A DNA stretch of 64,000 nucleotides from Penicillus capitatus (lineage: Eukaryota > Plantae > Chlorophyta): contig OZ287703.1 of NCBI GenBank assembly GCA_965649825.1, forward strand, positions 739,722 to 803,721. The letters are read 5' to 3'. Shown here in pieces: positions 23,043 through 36,045 of this stretch. Both the position numbers and the translations under genes were made by a program. Numbering within the stretch: position 1 is the first letter of the stretch; each line of letters opens with the position of its first letter. The notes under the pieces are model-generated. The model saw nothing but the letters and a program-made list of their open reading frames with translations, was not told the origin of the DNA and did not search any database.

Positions 23043-24076
23043 TCAGCCTTCTGTAGCACATATCTTACATTCTCTACGGGTTGAAAAGAGGCATTGGAAA
23101 CAATGGTCGACGATGTCTGTCTTGAAAGTCCTGGCTCTGACACTGCACGCTAAGAGGCGGGGAGACTAAAGGACTGGAATGCCTAAGGCAAGCGACGCAC
23201 TTTACGCACGATGGCTGAAGCTTCGTCCATGCTTCGTCTCGAAAGATGAAGGAGGATGCGCGAAAATGATGAAGCGTCCGAGGGTGGTGCGCATACGGAC
23301 GTGCTGCTCAATAAAAAGACGCAGTCGGAGTTGCGCAGCGTCCGTAACGACGTGCTGACACGTCGCGACCGTGAGCTTGCGTTTTCACACTTAGTTCCAC
23401 ATCGTGTGCTGTCTGTCGTCTATGTTTCGTCATCCGCCACGAAAGTAACGCCGTAAGATCGCACTGCGAATGGACAAGGCGGAACGCACTTTCGGCAATT
23501 CAGGAAGTCTGTGAAGAGTACTGCGTAGACGTGGCAGAGAAATGCCCAGTTTGGTCACGTTCGCTGTGCAAGAATTCATAACAGGCCAACCACAAATGCC
23601 CCTTTACAACCAGTTGGCATATGCGACTTGCATCAACGGTTGTCGCAAAAGCATCGGTTTCGGCGTTCTAGACAGACAGCAGCACAGCACAACGTGTCTC
23701 GCCTACTAAGAACCTGAAGCGTTTAAGGAAAAAAATACAGCAATGGGTTCCTGCTATTCAACGAACAGAAATCGCGAAATGCCAGCAGAGGACTTCTGAA
23801 GAGAGCGCAATGCCCTTGGCATGTGGCAAGAAATGGGAGGGAACAATCTGTCGTGACGCCTGCACACGTGCTTCCGTGGAACTTCACTTCAGCACTATCG
23901 GAGCGAACAAGGAGAAAAGGCGCATTGGTGCATTTGTTCTTTTTTGCTGTTCAAGAAAGAGCGAATCGACGTGCACGACTCGGTCTCACTTGAAGGCACC
24001 GTCATCACGGACGCACTCCTTCGCAGACGATGGACATCAAGACGATGCACAGATGGCATGTACGACGCATGTCGCG

Positions 24077-24113
24077 AGGCCGCGCGGGGCCGCGCGGGGC
24101 CGCGCGGGGCCGC
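24077..24113. repeat. GC-only 10-bp tandem repeat (GGCCGCGCGG)x3.7
   Basis: ggccgcgcggggccgcgcggggccgcgcggggccgcg read directly. Confidence 0.9.
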
Positions 24114-24266
24114 GTCGCTTGGTAAGATGCCGATGCGCGCAGGGAACTGCGCGGCAAACGCGGCTTCTCGGTTTGAGGTCCGGCTGGTTTTGCAGGAAGC
24201 CCTCGACATGTGCCGCCGACGCGGCAAACACGCGCGCTGCCGATCTTGTCTCTTTAGCAGTAGCAG

Positions 24267-24272
24267 TATAAA
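24267..24272 (+). promoter_or_regulatory. TATA box of 14-Cys member C
   Basis: TATAAA about 105 nt upstream of ATG 24378. Confidence 0.5.
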
Positions 24273-24377
24273 TACCGCTAAACGATCCAAGCTTTCATTA
24301 CCTTATCTTCGGTGAACTTATCGACTTTCTCTGCACTAAGAAACAAAAAGGAAAGAATAACTCGAGCACGTTGCAAG

Positions 24378-25128
24378 ATGATCCGCTTGTCAATCGTCGT
24401 CGTCGCGGTTATCGCTTTGTCGAGCGCACTTGTATCAGGTAGACGCTCTTCGTCCAGAAACTTCTCGCTAAGTGGGCCGGTTTCGTAGCTCGATACGAAG
24501 ATACATGTCGCCAGCCCAGATCCGCTTGCCAGGCCAGCGCCGTTGCCGTTGCAAAGGTGACATCGGTCGGCGGCAAATGCAGCGTCTCCTCTCAAGCCAA
24601 CGCCTTCTGTGCGGTACTGAGCCCACGCTGCATCGGACTTTTCTCGAATAGATTGTGTAGGCATTCGAATCCGATATTCGCCGTTGCTTTGTTGCCGATT
24701 CGTCTTTCTACGGCGTCGACAACTGTCGCCCGCGGGATATCAACGTCGATATCACCTGCTGGTCGGATCTTGTAGCTAGTGCATATGCGAGTGGATTTGT
24801 AAGAGCCGATTGTGACGGGAAGTCCATTGGCTGTGGTCTGGCCTCGGCCACTGCCGAAGCTGAGGCTCGATCGATTGGCTGCTTCGTGGTGCAGTCACTT
24901 CTCAAGGTTGCGCAGTCTCTCAACACAGACACGACGCAGTGTCAAATCGAGCTTGCCAATGTCGTCGACGCCGTTGCCAGCGCAGCAGCCAGCGCAAGAG
25001 CGTCCGCCTGTTCTTCTGGTGGCACCCCAGGCATCGACGTGGCGATCGACTTCGACGCTGAAGTCCAACGCGTTATTGGAAAAGCGTTTGGAACTTGCTG
25101 GACTTACTGCAGTGCTGGAGGAAAATAG
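24378..25128 (+). CDS. secreted Ala/Cys-rich protein, 14-Cys family member C (3 exons)
   Basis: Signal peptide MIRLSIVVVAVIALSSALVS, phase-1 intron after 24438, second intron after ...AFCA at the same position as in members A and B. Ends ...GTCWTYCSAGGK*. Confidence 0.85.
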
Positions 25129-27068
25129 TCGGATGCATAAAAGAGCAAGCAATTTGTTAACCAGCCATAGAGAGATCGACGACTGTGTCGAAATCAAGAC
25201 ATCAAGCTTTGTCGCAATTATCCCTTTCCGCAACTTTGGCTTATATAGTGAGCGATGGAGATGAATCGCTAGAAGTTATGTTCTTGTTCGTCGGCAAAAG
25301 CCGCGCGCATTGAATGAACTTCGGTTGTGAGTTATCATCTTAATGTAGACGATCATGAAGAGTAACTCTTCCTGACAAATCCATAGGCCCGCGATTCGGC
25401 GTCGCAAACGAAACAACGACGCATGCGTATTGTTTTCGAAAAGGATTCTGTCCAAATGCCTCGCTATTCGCGTCCGAAGTGAAGAGCATCGTGTTGGTAT
25501 ACGTCAAAAAGCTGTAGATGACGTTTGAGTTCGCGCACAGGTGACAAAGTAAGACAAGGATGCAAATTCATGAACAGTGCGGCGATTTCTCATGTCTTTG
25601 ACTGGAAGCACGATAATCATCCCTTTCCCTCAGTTTATGGATCGATAGTAAACGATTTCAAGGTTGTTAAGCAGAAGCCTTATGACATTTGTGAGTTCTG
25701 TGCGTCAAAGAACGATCCTTCAGAAAAACGATTAAACTGCGTTTCGCCATTTGGAAAGAGATTTGTTCTTTTCCAAGCTTTCAGACTCTGTCAAGACGAG
25801 GCTTTCTCGCAATCGCACGAATGGCGGCGTTCTGAAGGTAGAGAGACTCGCCGGAATCGTTTAGGGAGTTAGTTCATACTTGACGCGATTTGCCTGAGAT
25901 TGCGTCGATATGACGTTTCAATCGAGAGCGGCGTTGTTCGCAAGAAAGTCCATTGTATACGGACAGAGTGAGGAAACTGCTTTTTCGATTGGAACTTGCG
26001 TTATGGAGATCTTCGAAGTCTGCCGTGTCACGAAACGAACCCGCTGCACTCGCGAAGAAGCACATAACGAGGTGTGCCACGCGCTGCATCATCATGTAAC
26101 TAAGCCTTCCGTCGCTGCACGTTGCCAGCACAGTTCTCGTTCTTCAGAACTGCGCCATAAAGCAGGAAACGCAAGAGCAGCTTGAAAACGTTCTGAAATC
26201 GCTGGAGAGAGAACACATGGGGCAGCTCTCTCTAAAAGTGCAACGTCCGATGCCGTTACCTGGTGCGTCGCATAACGTGCTCGGATAAACGTAAACGAAC
26301 ACCTGATCCTTTAGATCGCGACAACGTCGAGGAAATGGAACAGGAGATGTCACAAGAGGGTGACATCGAGATGAAGGTTGAATACTCTACTGTCGAAGAT
26401 AGCGTATCGAATGCCAATCCAGCCGATTCAGCGCATCAGCCGCATCCAGCGCATTGGAAAGTGTTTTTAGATGCATTAAGTAATGAAAAATCGACAGCAG
26501 AAGACAAAATGTCATGAGAGACAAGCGACGGACAGCGAAATACCGTTGAGATTCTGTGTGTAAGAAATCGATGCCGTTGACGTGTCCTTACCATCGAGCT
26601 GGTCGAGGCGATGATGCTCTGTCTCTTCTACCATCGAGAGATGATGATCAGCTACTCCTGTTCTTCGATCGGGTGACAAAACGAAAAGACGGACAACAAA
26701 GACGGCGTTGTGAGCATCGGAGACATCAACGGTAGGAGATAATGACCTGAGTGTCTAGAAATCGTTCAACGTGTACCGTCTATTAGACAAGGTCTGCTCG
26801 ATGCATCATCAGCATACGTGTTAAACGGCAGTTGACTGCGCTGCATATGATCGACGCTCGATGTGCACATGGTTTGTGTTGTATCAGTTCCTCCGCGATT
26901 CAACAGCCTTTGCCATGTTTATGACAATTGAAACTATTCCTATTGCAACCTCACAGCCATAATCGACAACGATAAACAACAAGCAGAAAGGGCTTAGGAA
27001 AAACGGCAGCCAATTGTGGATTCTGCACAGAAGGAAAACGGTGTTGTCTGCCTTCCGGCGAAATCGAC

Positions 27069-27773
27069 CTAGTCGTACTGCAATTCCCAACAATTGCCCT
27101 CCATCTTTTCGATATAAATGCATTTGAGAATCTCATTGCATTTGTATTGCGAAATGTATCCATCCCAGCACGAAACGACCGTCGTTTCGGATTTCTTCGA
27201 TGCTGCTGTAGAGTGGCCCAATTCTTCTTTTTCTGCCGCCTCAGCCGCGGCCAGTTCAGTGGACAGTTCAGCAGCCGCTTGCTCGTCACTTTCGGTGCTC
27301 CTTTTCAATTTCCAACATTTCCACTGTTTGTCGTTCCGATAGACATAGTCATCTCCCTTTTCATCGCAATCGTACTTGTGGGTGATATCAGGCAGAACAG
27401 GTTCGAAAACAAGTCGCCCATGTGAACCCATTTTCATAGGGGCGGGGTAATTAACGTCGTTTGTTCGGCCGCGAGGTTCCATCTCTCTCTTGGCAGCGTC
27501 CGCAATCTCGACGTGCGAATGCGCCGTTACGAAATTTCCGTCGTCGGTTTTTCCCGAAATGGATTCGCCATCGATTTCTTCATAACGCCACAAACCTACT
27601 CCACAATACCGTCGCAGGTCATTCGTAAAGCTGGTTGGTTTACGATTATGATATCCGTCTTCGGCCTCAACGTAGCGCAAGCGACGTTCTGGCAGCGCCG
27701 CAGAGAGGGAGAATAAAACGAACAACACACATGCGGTCGCACTAATCGCACGGTCGGAACGAAGAGTCTCCAT
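27069..27773 (-). CDS. secreted Cys-rich protein, RRLxYVExED family member 1
   Basis: Signal peptide followed by ERRLRYVEAED. Probable 48-nt in-frame intron. C-terminal CNEILKCIYIEKMEGNCWE aligns with 37636-38356. Confidence 0.8.
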   Translation of the reverse strand: METLRSDRAISATACVLFVLFSLSAALPERRLRYVEAEDGYHNRKPTSFTNDLRRYCGVGLWRYEEIDGESISGKTDDGNFVTAHSHVEIADAAKREMEPRGRTNDVNYPAPMKMGSHGRLVFEPVLPDITHKYDCDEKGDDYVYRNDKQWKCWKLKRSTESDEQAAAELSTELAAAEAAEKEELGHSTAASKKSETTVVSCWDGYISQYKCNEILKCIYIEKMEGNCWELQYD

Positions 27774-29433
27774 CTTATGGTCAGTGGCTTCTTTCGTCGA
27801 AATAAAACCAAGCAACAATAAGGGACGGATAGTGAAAGGCGGCGTTCTTAATGACGTCACGTCTGATGAATCATAAACTGTCCTGTCTATTAACGACGAG
27901 AGCGACGTCTTGAATTCCATTCATCCACAACTGGCTTCAAAACACGAAGGCCCTCCGTGTGCCAGCAACTTAGATCATACAGGATATGGACTACCGATCT
28001 GGAAAATGTGAAATTGCCTTCCTAGGCAAAGTCTGTCCACGAAATGACTGTCTTTTTACAGTGATTTGTTTAAGCTTGCAGCACTGTTGATGCGCGAGAA
28101 CTTTGGTGTGAGAAATTCATTATGAACTTCTCAGTGTGAACTTCACCTGTTCCGTAAAACGATGAGTAGCATCCATGCGGACGTCCCGCTTCGCGAGCTT
28201 CATCTGCTGCAAACATGTGTCTAGTTGAAACGTCCAGTGTCTGCATATACAGCGGCAAACTGAGAACGGCGGCGGTGTGCCTTAGAACTGCGTCTTAGTC
28301 TGTCATGACACCTAACCGCCCAACAATGCTAAATTCTCCGGATAAACAGAGCTTGATGGAGATTGCTAGGAACCATATGCACGGTTGTCAGGATCCCGTT
28401 GGGAATTCCAGCGGGTCTTGCTGCCAGCACCAACCGATACTTTCTTACCATCTTCGAATCGTCGAAGAAAACCTCGCATACTCCAATCGATCATCCACAT
28501 GCAACGTGTGACCCCCTGTGCCCACCACCACACCGGCATTTCATTCGTCGTATGTTTTGCGCTGCCCATGCACGTGAACATGACCCTTGTTTCGTACTCT
28601 ACTGCCTTGTTGGCACACAATCAAAGTGTAAGTTGCGTCGTCTCGTCCAAGGGATTGCGTTCGTTCGTCTCTGTTCCGGAGTTCATTAACTTGCGTTGCT
28701 TGGATGTCCTCGAGCCTCATCACGGATGCTGTATCAAACCACGACGAATTTCTCACCGTCCAGCAGTCAAGAAATGATCTTCGAGGTTTTGTTACTGGCG
28801 ACGCGCATGTTTCGTAGGATCTCCCATATGTCGATCGTAAACGCGGCTTGCAACGTCCAAATGGCACGCCATTTGTTTGCTGTCCTACAGAACGTCCTTG
28901 TGCTCTCACGGCGCCGTCAAAACGACGACATCTGTTATCGCTCTCGATCTCAGCTGTCGACACAACCTCGACGATTCATATTCGCTCGCTCGCCACCGAC
29001 ACGAGAAGAGAATTTACCGTTAGGGGAGTTTTTTTCCCGAAATAGGTCGCCGAACACCACGTTTGCAAAACAAGAAGAAGACGTCAACGTTTAATCGACG
29101 ATGGCGATACGCCCGTCAACAGTTCCTGATGTGACATTTGCCGATTCTCTGACAGCGTTGCATGACGAACAGCTCATCGAGCTTGCATCAGGTTCGGTCA
29201 TTGCGTCCAATTTACAACTACTGTTCTTTAGCAGAGTTTTGACGAATACCGTTCGCTACTTCCCAGTCTCGTTATCCGCGTGCCTGCCCCGTTAGCTCAA
29301 CTCTAGCCGAGGTTCACGCTCTCCGACCTTCTCGCAGGAGAACGGTTTTGCACGACTGAACGGCGTAATTATTGCTTGTATTATTTTGGAATTGTACTCT
29401 GTTTGCGTGTGTCTCGCCCAGTGAATAGTCAAA

Positions 29434-32360
29434 ATGGCGCATCGATACGCTGTCTTCAACGACGTTGCAGATACACCGATGTTTCGGGAGAAGGCACGCC
29501 TCTGCGTCACTGTGTCGCTTTCATTGATGGACCAAAACAGGTCGCGGACTTAGAATGCGGCGCCGAGAATGTTAAAGAGAGCTGCAGTCGTTTGGCCAAA
29601 GAGGCAGCGAAGTACTGCGAAGCCCTGGAGCAGATGGCCGGTATGCACGAAACATTCGCTGCCGCCCTTCAGTCGTTCTATCCTTCCTGCAAACAAGATG
29701 GAAGCTCTTTTGGTATGTATGCCTCCTGTCAAACGTCATGCCTCGAGACACGAGAGGTCCAGGTCACTCGAGTTTTGCGCGGTTCGGACATGTCCTTTTC
29801 TCAATTGCCGAACTCAACCGCAATTTACACAGAGAGGTATGCTACCGTTGCGTACGCCTATCATACCTGCGACGCTTTTTGCATCTAGATCGTTCATAAC
29901 GTTGTGGAGCCTTTGAATAGTGTATGGGTTGGGCAACTGTGTACTGGGGTGACGAAAGAGCGTCACACTCTCGACGCTCGCCAGAAAGCATACGACAGTC
30001 TGAAGTATAAGTATCTGGGCCTCAAGAAATTCACCCGCAAAGAATTCGTAAAGAGGACGGAAGAAGATCTGCGCAAAGCAAAAGCCGAAGCCGATGTTGC
30101 GCGCTACAGCATGTCAAAGAAGCTTACGGAAATAGAGTTGAAGAAGTCTTTTGATTTCCTTGCGATGTTAACCGCCTGCATGGAATCCCACACGACGTAC
30201 TTTGAGGAAGGCCGTGAGCTCATGGACAGTGTGAATCAGGAACTCGTTGTTGCCAAAGAAAGCGTCCATCAGCGACGGTTAGACATGGAATCGGAAATGG
30301 AGAACTTGGATCTTTTGATCTCCTCTGAGAAAGAGAAGGCGCAACTGCAAGAGGAAGTGTGTGACGAGCTGGAAACGATCGTTACAGGAGGAGGCAGCTG
30401 TGGGGGTCCCCTACAGATGTCGGCGGCTCGACAGGAGAAGCTCTCTGAAGTGGAATCCTTCGTCCAGGTGGCACTCAGTTCTCGTGGTCAGCAGAGAAAG
30501 ACACTCAAACAAGGGTATCTGTTCAAACGATCCTCTAACATGCTTGGCGACTGGAAAAAGCGATTCTTTAAACTGGACAGCCGTGGCATCCTCTTCTATC
30601 AGAGCAAAGTAACACCGCCTTGTCTGCCAGTCATTGACTGATCCATCCTTTGGCTTCTGCAGAGGAAGAACGACAGTTCAAAGCGGTATCTTTGTCTTCT
30701 GACCTCTTCCGTGAAGGAAAACGATGAAGAGGATCTGCGATTCTGTTTCAGTGTGATGTCTCCCGACAAGGTGTTGACATTGCAGGCCGAAAACGAAGCA
30801 GAAAAACAAGAATGGATCCAAGTTATCCAGGTGCTGTGCAGTTGTCTGCTGTGTCTTGTGCCCACGATTGTCTGGTGCACAGAGCGTGATTCATTGCTTA
30901 CTTCATAGTTCCGAAGACCCAAGCATCTTCTATGATGATTTGTATCTGAGAAACCACAACCGGACGCACACCCACAGTTTTACGCACGACGATTTTCCTT
31001 TTGTCCCCAATGAACTCGGCGTGTTACATCCGGGCATAAGAACTCCATCCAGAATTGCCAATCTTAGAGGTCAACCATCCTCGATGCATCGCAACGTGCA
31101 TGTCGGTTTATGTGTCTTGTAGATTATCGAGGAGGGTCCCTAATAACAAATCCAATGTCGGCCAACAGTGTCAGAGTGACAAGAAGTCTCGATTATTTTG
31201 CAAGCGATACGCAGAGGGCGGAACTACCAGAGACGCCGTTTGTCCGCGTGGGGAGGAGCAATGGAAACCATGTCTGTGCAGACTGTGGTGCTGCCGATCC
31301 GGAATGGGCATCACTGAACTTGGGAGTCATCGTCTGCATCGAGTGCTCAGGAGTCCATCGCCAACTCGGCGTCCACATTTCCAAGATGCGAAGTCTAAAG
31401 CTGGACGTCAAGGTGTGGACAGAGCCACTCCTACACGTTTTCTCATGCCTAGGCAATGAGACCTGCAATGAAGTACGCGCTGTGCCATGCCTCTATTGCC
31501 TGATTTTGATTTTTAGATATGGGAGTATGAGTTACGGCGACGCGAACTCCAACAGCGACTAAATGAGGAATGGGATGATACAGAGGATGATATGGAAGCA
31601 GGTCGATGTTCGAGACTCTCAGGCAACCGGTCACCGTTTCTTAGAACCCACCACTCAGATGTTGCCACGGTTTAGGGTCTTCTGATGGAGGCACCGTGAT
31701 AGACGTCGATGATGATGATAAAGAAGAGTCCATAGCGCACTTCAAGTCAGGCATCGATATGCAACGCCCCTCGGAAAGATGTGCGTTTTTGTTAGGAAGC
31801 CCACGCCAGCAAGCCCTCTAGCTGACAAAGAGGCTTTTATTCGAGCCAAGTACGTCGGAAAGCGATTCTTGGCGAGGAAGAAACCACACACCAAGATCGA
31901 CACCATGTTATGGAATTCGATCTTCCGAGAGGATATCAAGGGAGCCTATGGAGCATTGGTTGGCGGCGCAGACATCAACAGTATGCACGCCACAAATGCT
32001 GCGAAGACTCTCGTCACGCAAATGCATGCTAAGATTCATGGCGCCACAGAAGATCTCCCGATACGCCCAACGCATTTTGCGCCCGTCCTAATGATTGCCT
32101 GTCGTTCTGGAAATCTCGCCGTCCTGGAGTTCGTGCTCCAAAACGGCGCAGATATACACCAATGCGATTCTTGCCACCGTAGCGCCCTGCATTACTGCGT
32201 TGGCTTTAACAAGAAAGATGCAATAAAAATGCTACTGGAAAAAGGAGCGTGTGTCGATGTACCAGATCTCGACCAGCTCTTTCCCTATGATGTCGCTGCC
32301 AGACTAGGGTTGGATGAAGAGACCATTAAATTGCTGGCACCTTCAAAGAGTGACAGCTAA
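29434..32360 (+). CDS. BAR-PH-ArfGAP-ankyrin protein (ACAP/AGD1-VAN3 type)
   Basis: N-terminal DTPMFR (BAR), [21 protein letters not shown] (PH), [37 protein letters not shown] (ArfGAP zinc finger), and ankyrin repeats [19 protein letters not shown]. Many short introns. Confidence 0.93.
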
Positions 32361-34439
32361 AACAACTCATTTCATGCATACAATAATAAAGGCGCACCCA
32401 TTGTGGTGTTCACATTTGTTTTTGCCCCCTCTCACTGGCAGGTTGTCCAGTGGGTATGAACACATCCGCCTTGTCCATTAACTTCGTATTTATGTGCTGT
32501 CTCTTCGATGAAGGCCCGAATTCTTCTGACTGTATTATCATCACCATAACTGATGAACATCTATCTTTCTAGATTTTAGATACGCGAGGAGCTTCAGTGT
32601 CAAGAAGTCCTGTCCTGTGAAGTGAATCATTTTTCGTACGGTGAGCTGCTTGATTGACAGCGAGCTCTTTCGCTATGCGATGCTCTTTCCTGTCTTGTCA
32701 GGTGTAACGCTCTCAGGCCGACTTCATCCGTCGCTCCTCGATGATGTGACAGGCAGACAATCAACGGCAAGTTGCGGGCGGACAGCGAACGACGCGTGCA
32801 TACTAGTGAGATGGCGACCTCTGTGTTGCGTATTGTCGACCTTTGATCGTTTCCGCTTCTGAAGATTCAGCTTTACCGTATTCGCATGAAGTCTTTCGGA
32901 CCTGATTGTCTCGATATTACCCTGTTCGTGACAATCATGCGCAGACGAGGTAAGCTTTCGTCGTAGGATGGCTCTATCCCATCACTGGAGATTTTATGCG
33001 CCTGACAGATCCTTTGTCGACAACACGGGTATACAACGCAACACTCTGGCATCGTCGACAGTCTTCGTCCATAGACTCAACAGATGAACCACCCCTGACT
33101 GTTTAATATAGGACGCATTACTGAAGTGGTTGGAATGCCGTGCCTTAGCCCTCGATAAACGACTCAAAGCGTCACCTCCTTGCGTTCGTCTGCGTTTCTT
33201 GTTGTCGCATTCCTGCCGTGCGAACAAAATGCGTATGGCAGGCAGCCGAACGGGATGGACCCTTTGTCGAGTCTCGCTTGATTAAAAAAAGAACAACGGA
33301 TTCTGTGAACTGCTTTCGAGTTTAGATAGACAGCCGGTGGCTTCACCAGTCATGCTGCCCCGAACAGAACTGCTAGACACGAAGTGTCGTGTGCATGCAG
33401 ATACAGCATTAACCTGTCGCCCATGATGTCATTATCCTTCACCAGTAGGTGCTTCCTTTCCGTACGGAGCACGAAGAGGATAACTCTTGTTCGTCTTGTT
33501 CGCACGGCCCGTCGCGTCGCCCGTTTCGCAGACGCGTTCGTTTGCCACCGCTGCGTGCTTTTCGCAGCGACGTGCACGAGGCGAGCAAGAACGCCGGTTT
33601 GCTCAACGCGTTTCTTTTTCTGCAGCAAAACGACGCGTGGCGTGAGTGTGTCTGGCAAATCCTTTTAGAAATGCGCTCGGAAAACCGACCTACCACTTTG
33701 CAATGCTCGACCATTTTTGCTCCTTCGGCGAATTTCTCCCCAACACATGTACACCTCTCCATCTTCTGTCAGGATAACAAAGCGTGTATCCAGTCAGAGA
33801 CGCTGCCCGAACGCTTCTTCCGTCAGCATCGCTTAGAAATTTCGCCCTGTCGGTTCGTTGCACGTCGCATGTCTGCCTTGTTGACTCCGCGTGCAAAGCA
33901 CTCCATGCGCTTCGTCGCTAAGGACTCACTCCCCTTCACCGCCACGTCATAGATAACCTGTAGATTTCATGAGGCGCTTCGGACAGTGGCCATGCCATGG
34001 ATCAGCTGAAACTCCCCTGTCTGCCTTGCCACAAGGAGATGGCGCTTCCCCGAATGCTGGCTGGATTCACACGTCACGTCGTGCAAAGCACACCAGTTCC
34101 GCCTAACTTCAACGCGCTTGGATAGAGTAGCGCGTTCACAGTGGTTGCCTGATCTTTACGAGCTGAATTTCCCGATCAATTGCATTTCAATATCCAGACC
34201 ACAATCCGCGGTTCTGAATGTCCAATGACGTACGACCGCTTCCCTATGGTTCGTTATTTTAAACGCGCGTCCTATGTAGACCCCCACTCGCTCTCTTTCT
34301 CAAACCTCCGGCATAACAGACGTCTGTTTGGTGACCTTGACGTGCCGGCTTTCGTCCGTGTTCTCTTCCATTCGGTGCAAAAATTGTTCAGCGTTTTACA
34401 ACCTTCTCACGTTTAAGAGATTTTCCTTCATCACTGACC

Positions 34440-35358
34440 ATGAAGAAATTTGGACATGTCTGCCTTTGCCTCGTTCTTTTCGCAGTTATCGTGGGAGCAC
34501 AAACGTCTCCGGGTCGGTGACGACGTCTTCTGTTGCCTCGTGCCTCATAGACTGCCCTGTTCAGATCCTTTCGAATGTGGCGTGAATGCGGAATGCGACT
34601 CGATGTCGTCGCTGGACATCTCTTTCATGGGCGTGGGATCTTGCACAGGGACGGCGAATGCAAACTGCAGCGCCTTAGCTGAGTCGGAGAATTGCTTCAA
34701 CGAGGTTATCAAGGCCGTCGACCAAGGCACGTGTATGCCAGACAACATCACCGAAGCCGCGAATTGCTTCGGATTTGCCGTTGCGGAGGTCTTCGCTCAG
34801 GCATACGTCGAAATCAACTGCACAGGCCAAGCCAGTGGCTGCGGATTTGCTCAGGCGAATGCCAAAGCCTGGGCGTGTACTTTTGCTGGAGTGCTGGTGG
34901 ATTTGGAAGTGCGTGCCGGGGGAGATCAACCACTATGCGATTTGTCCATCAGCCCAATGGCGGCTGCCTTTGCCTCTGTGGCAACAGAAGTGCAAGTGAA
35001 CATCTGCGCCAACGGCACCGAATTTAAGAGAGAGTTCCAACAAGAATTCGGCCAGCGCATCGAGCAGCTCGTGGTCGATGCGATGGCAAGCTGCATGGTG
35101 AACTGCACTGTTGGTAAGCGTCGATCCGCCTTGTGCCTGTTGTGATGTCGTTTCCTTGTAGACGGACCTGCTACCAGCGTCGGAGTCAGTGGTAACGTCG
35201 AATTGCTACCTCCCGCAATTGAAGGCAATGCGGACACGACCATGGGCGGACCGTCTCCGCTTCCGTGTGATCTTACTGATCCAGTTTGTCGTGATAGAGT
35301 GTCTGGCGAAAACACCTCAGCTACAGCCTCTGACAGCTCTACCCCTTCGACGCCATGA
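34440..35358 (+). CDS. secreted Ala/Cys-rich protein, 14-Cys family member D with a Pro/Ser/Thr-rich tail
   Basis: Signal peptide MKKFGHVCLCLVLFAVIVGAQTSP, phase-1 intron after 34512, 14 alignable Cys ending SCMVNC, then an intron and a tail with 2 extra Cys. Confidence 0.8.
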
Positions 35359-36045
35359 TTTTCAGATATCTATGTCAACCATGCATAAGTGGTGACTGTG
35401 GGAGTTTTTTTGCCAAAGTGGAAAAGTCCTGCTTTTCTGCACACATACATCTGCGCTCATGTTTCAATGATCAGTTTTCAAAGCGATAACTGTTTCAGTT
35501 ATCTCCAATTCTACCACATGTTGAACAAACCAATGATCTCTGCTCTGATGAATTTCACATCTACCTGCTCTGGCGGGCTTCGGTCCACCGAATGCCACAT
35601 CTGTGTTATCCTAGTGATACACATATACTGTGATGCTGTGACGACGTCTTCTTCTCTTGATAAGATCTCAAGGTCGAACTTGATAACCACTGTGATGAAC
35701 AGAGACACTGAGTGTTTATCTTTGAAGAGAGACTGTAAGGGTTTGTTTCGCGAGAAATAGTTGCGTCTCGGTCGTCATTGGCAACATCGACGGTGTCCGC
35801 GATGACGAACTGTTGGCTGAATTGTCCTCACAGATAGCAATCTCATAGCGACTGTGTGCATTGGACGGCACTGCTGTGGTGCATATTGCGCTGCGCGTTT
35901 GGTGTGCTTCGTCTGAGGCATAACAACATGAAGAAGTGGAAAGCCATCCATTGAGAAATGCGTTTTGGAAGGAGCTATTTCAAGAGGGCGACAGTGATCA
36001 CCATCTAACTAGACTCCCTTTGAATTCCAGGCTGAGCTTTGAAGC

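Noticed and set aside
25500-26750. Protein-like acidic frame (26263-26517) and flanking ORFs
   Set aside because: Interrupted by stops in all frames with no recognisable family. Possibly a decayed gene.
32600-34200. Several overlapping 60-170 aa ORFs
   Set aside because: No domain motif or consistent exon chain could be assembled. A gene may exist but is unsupported.
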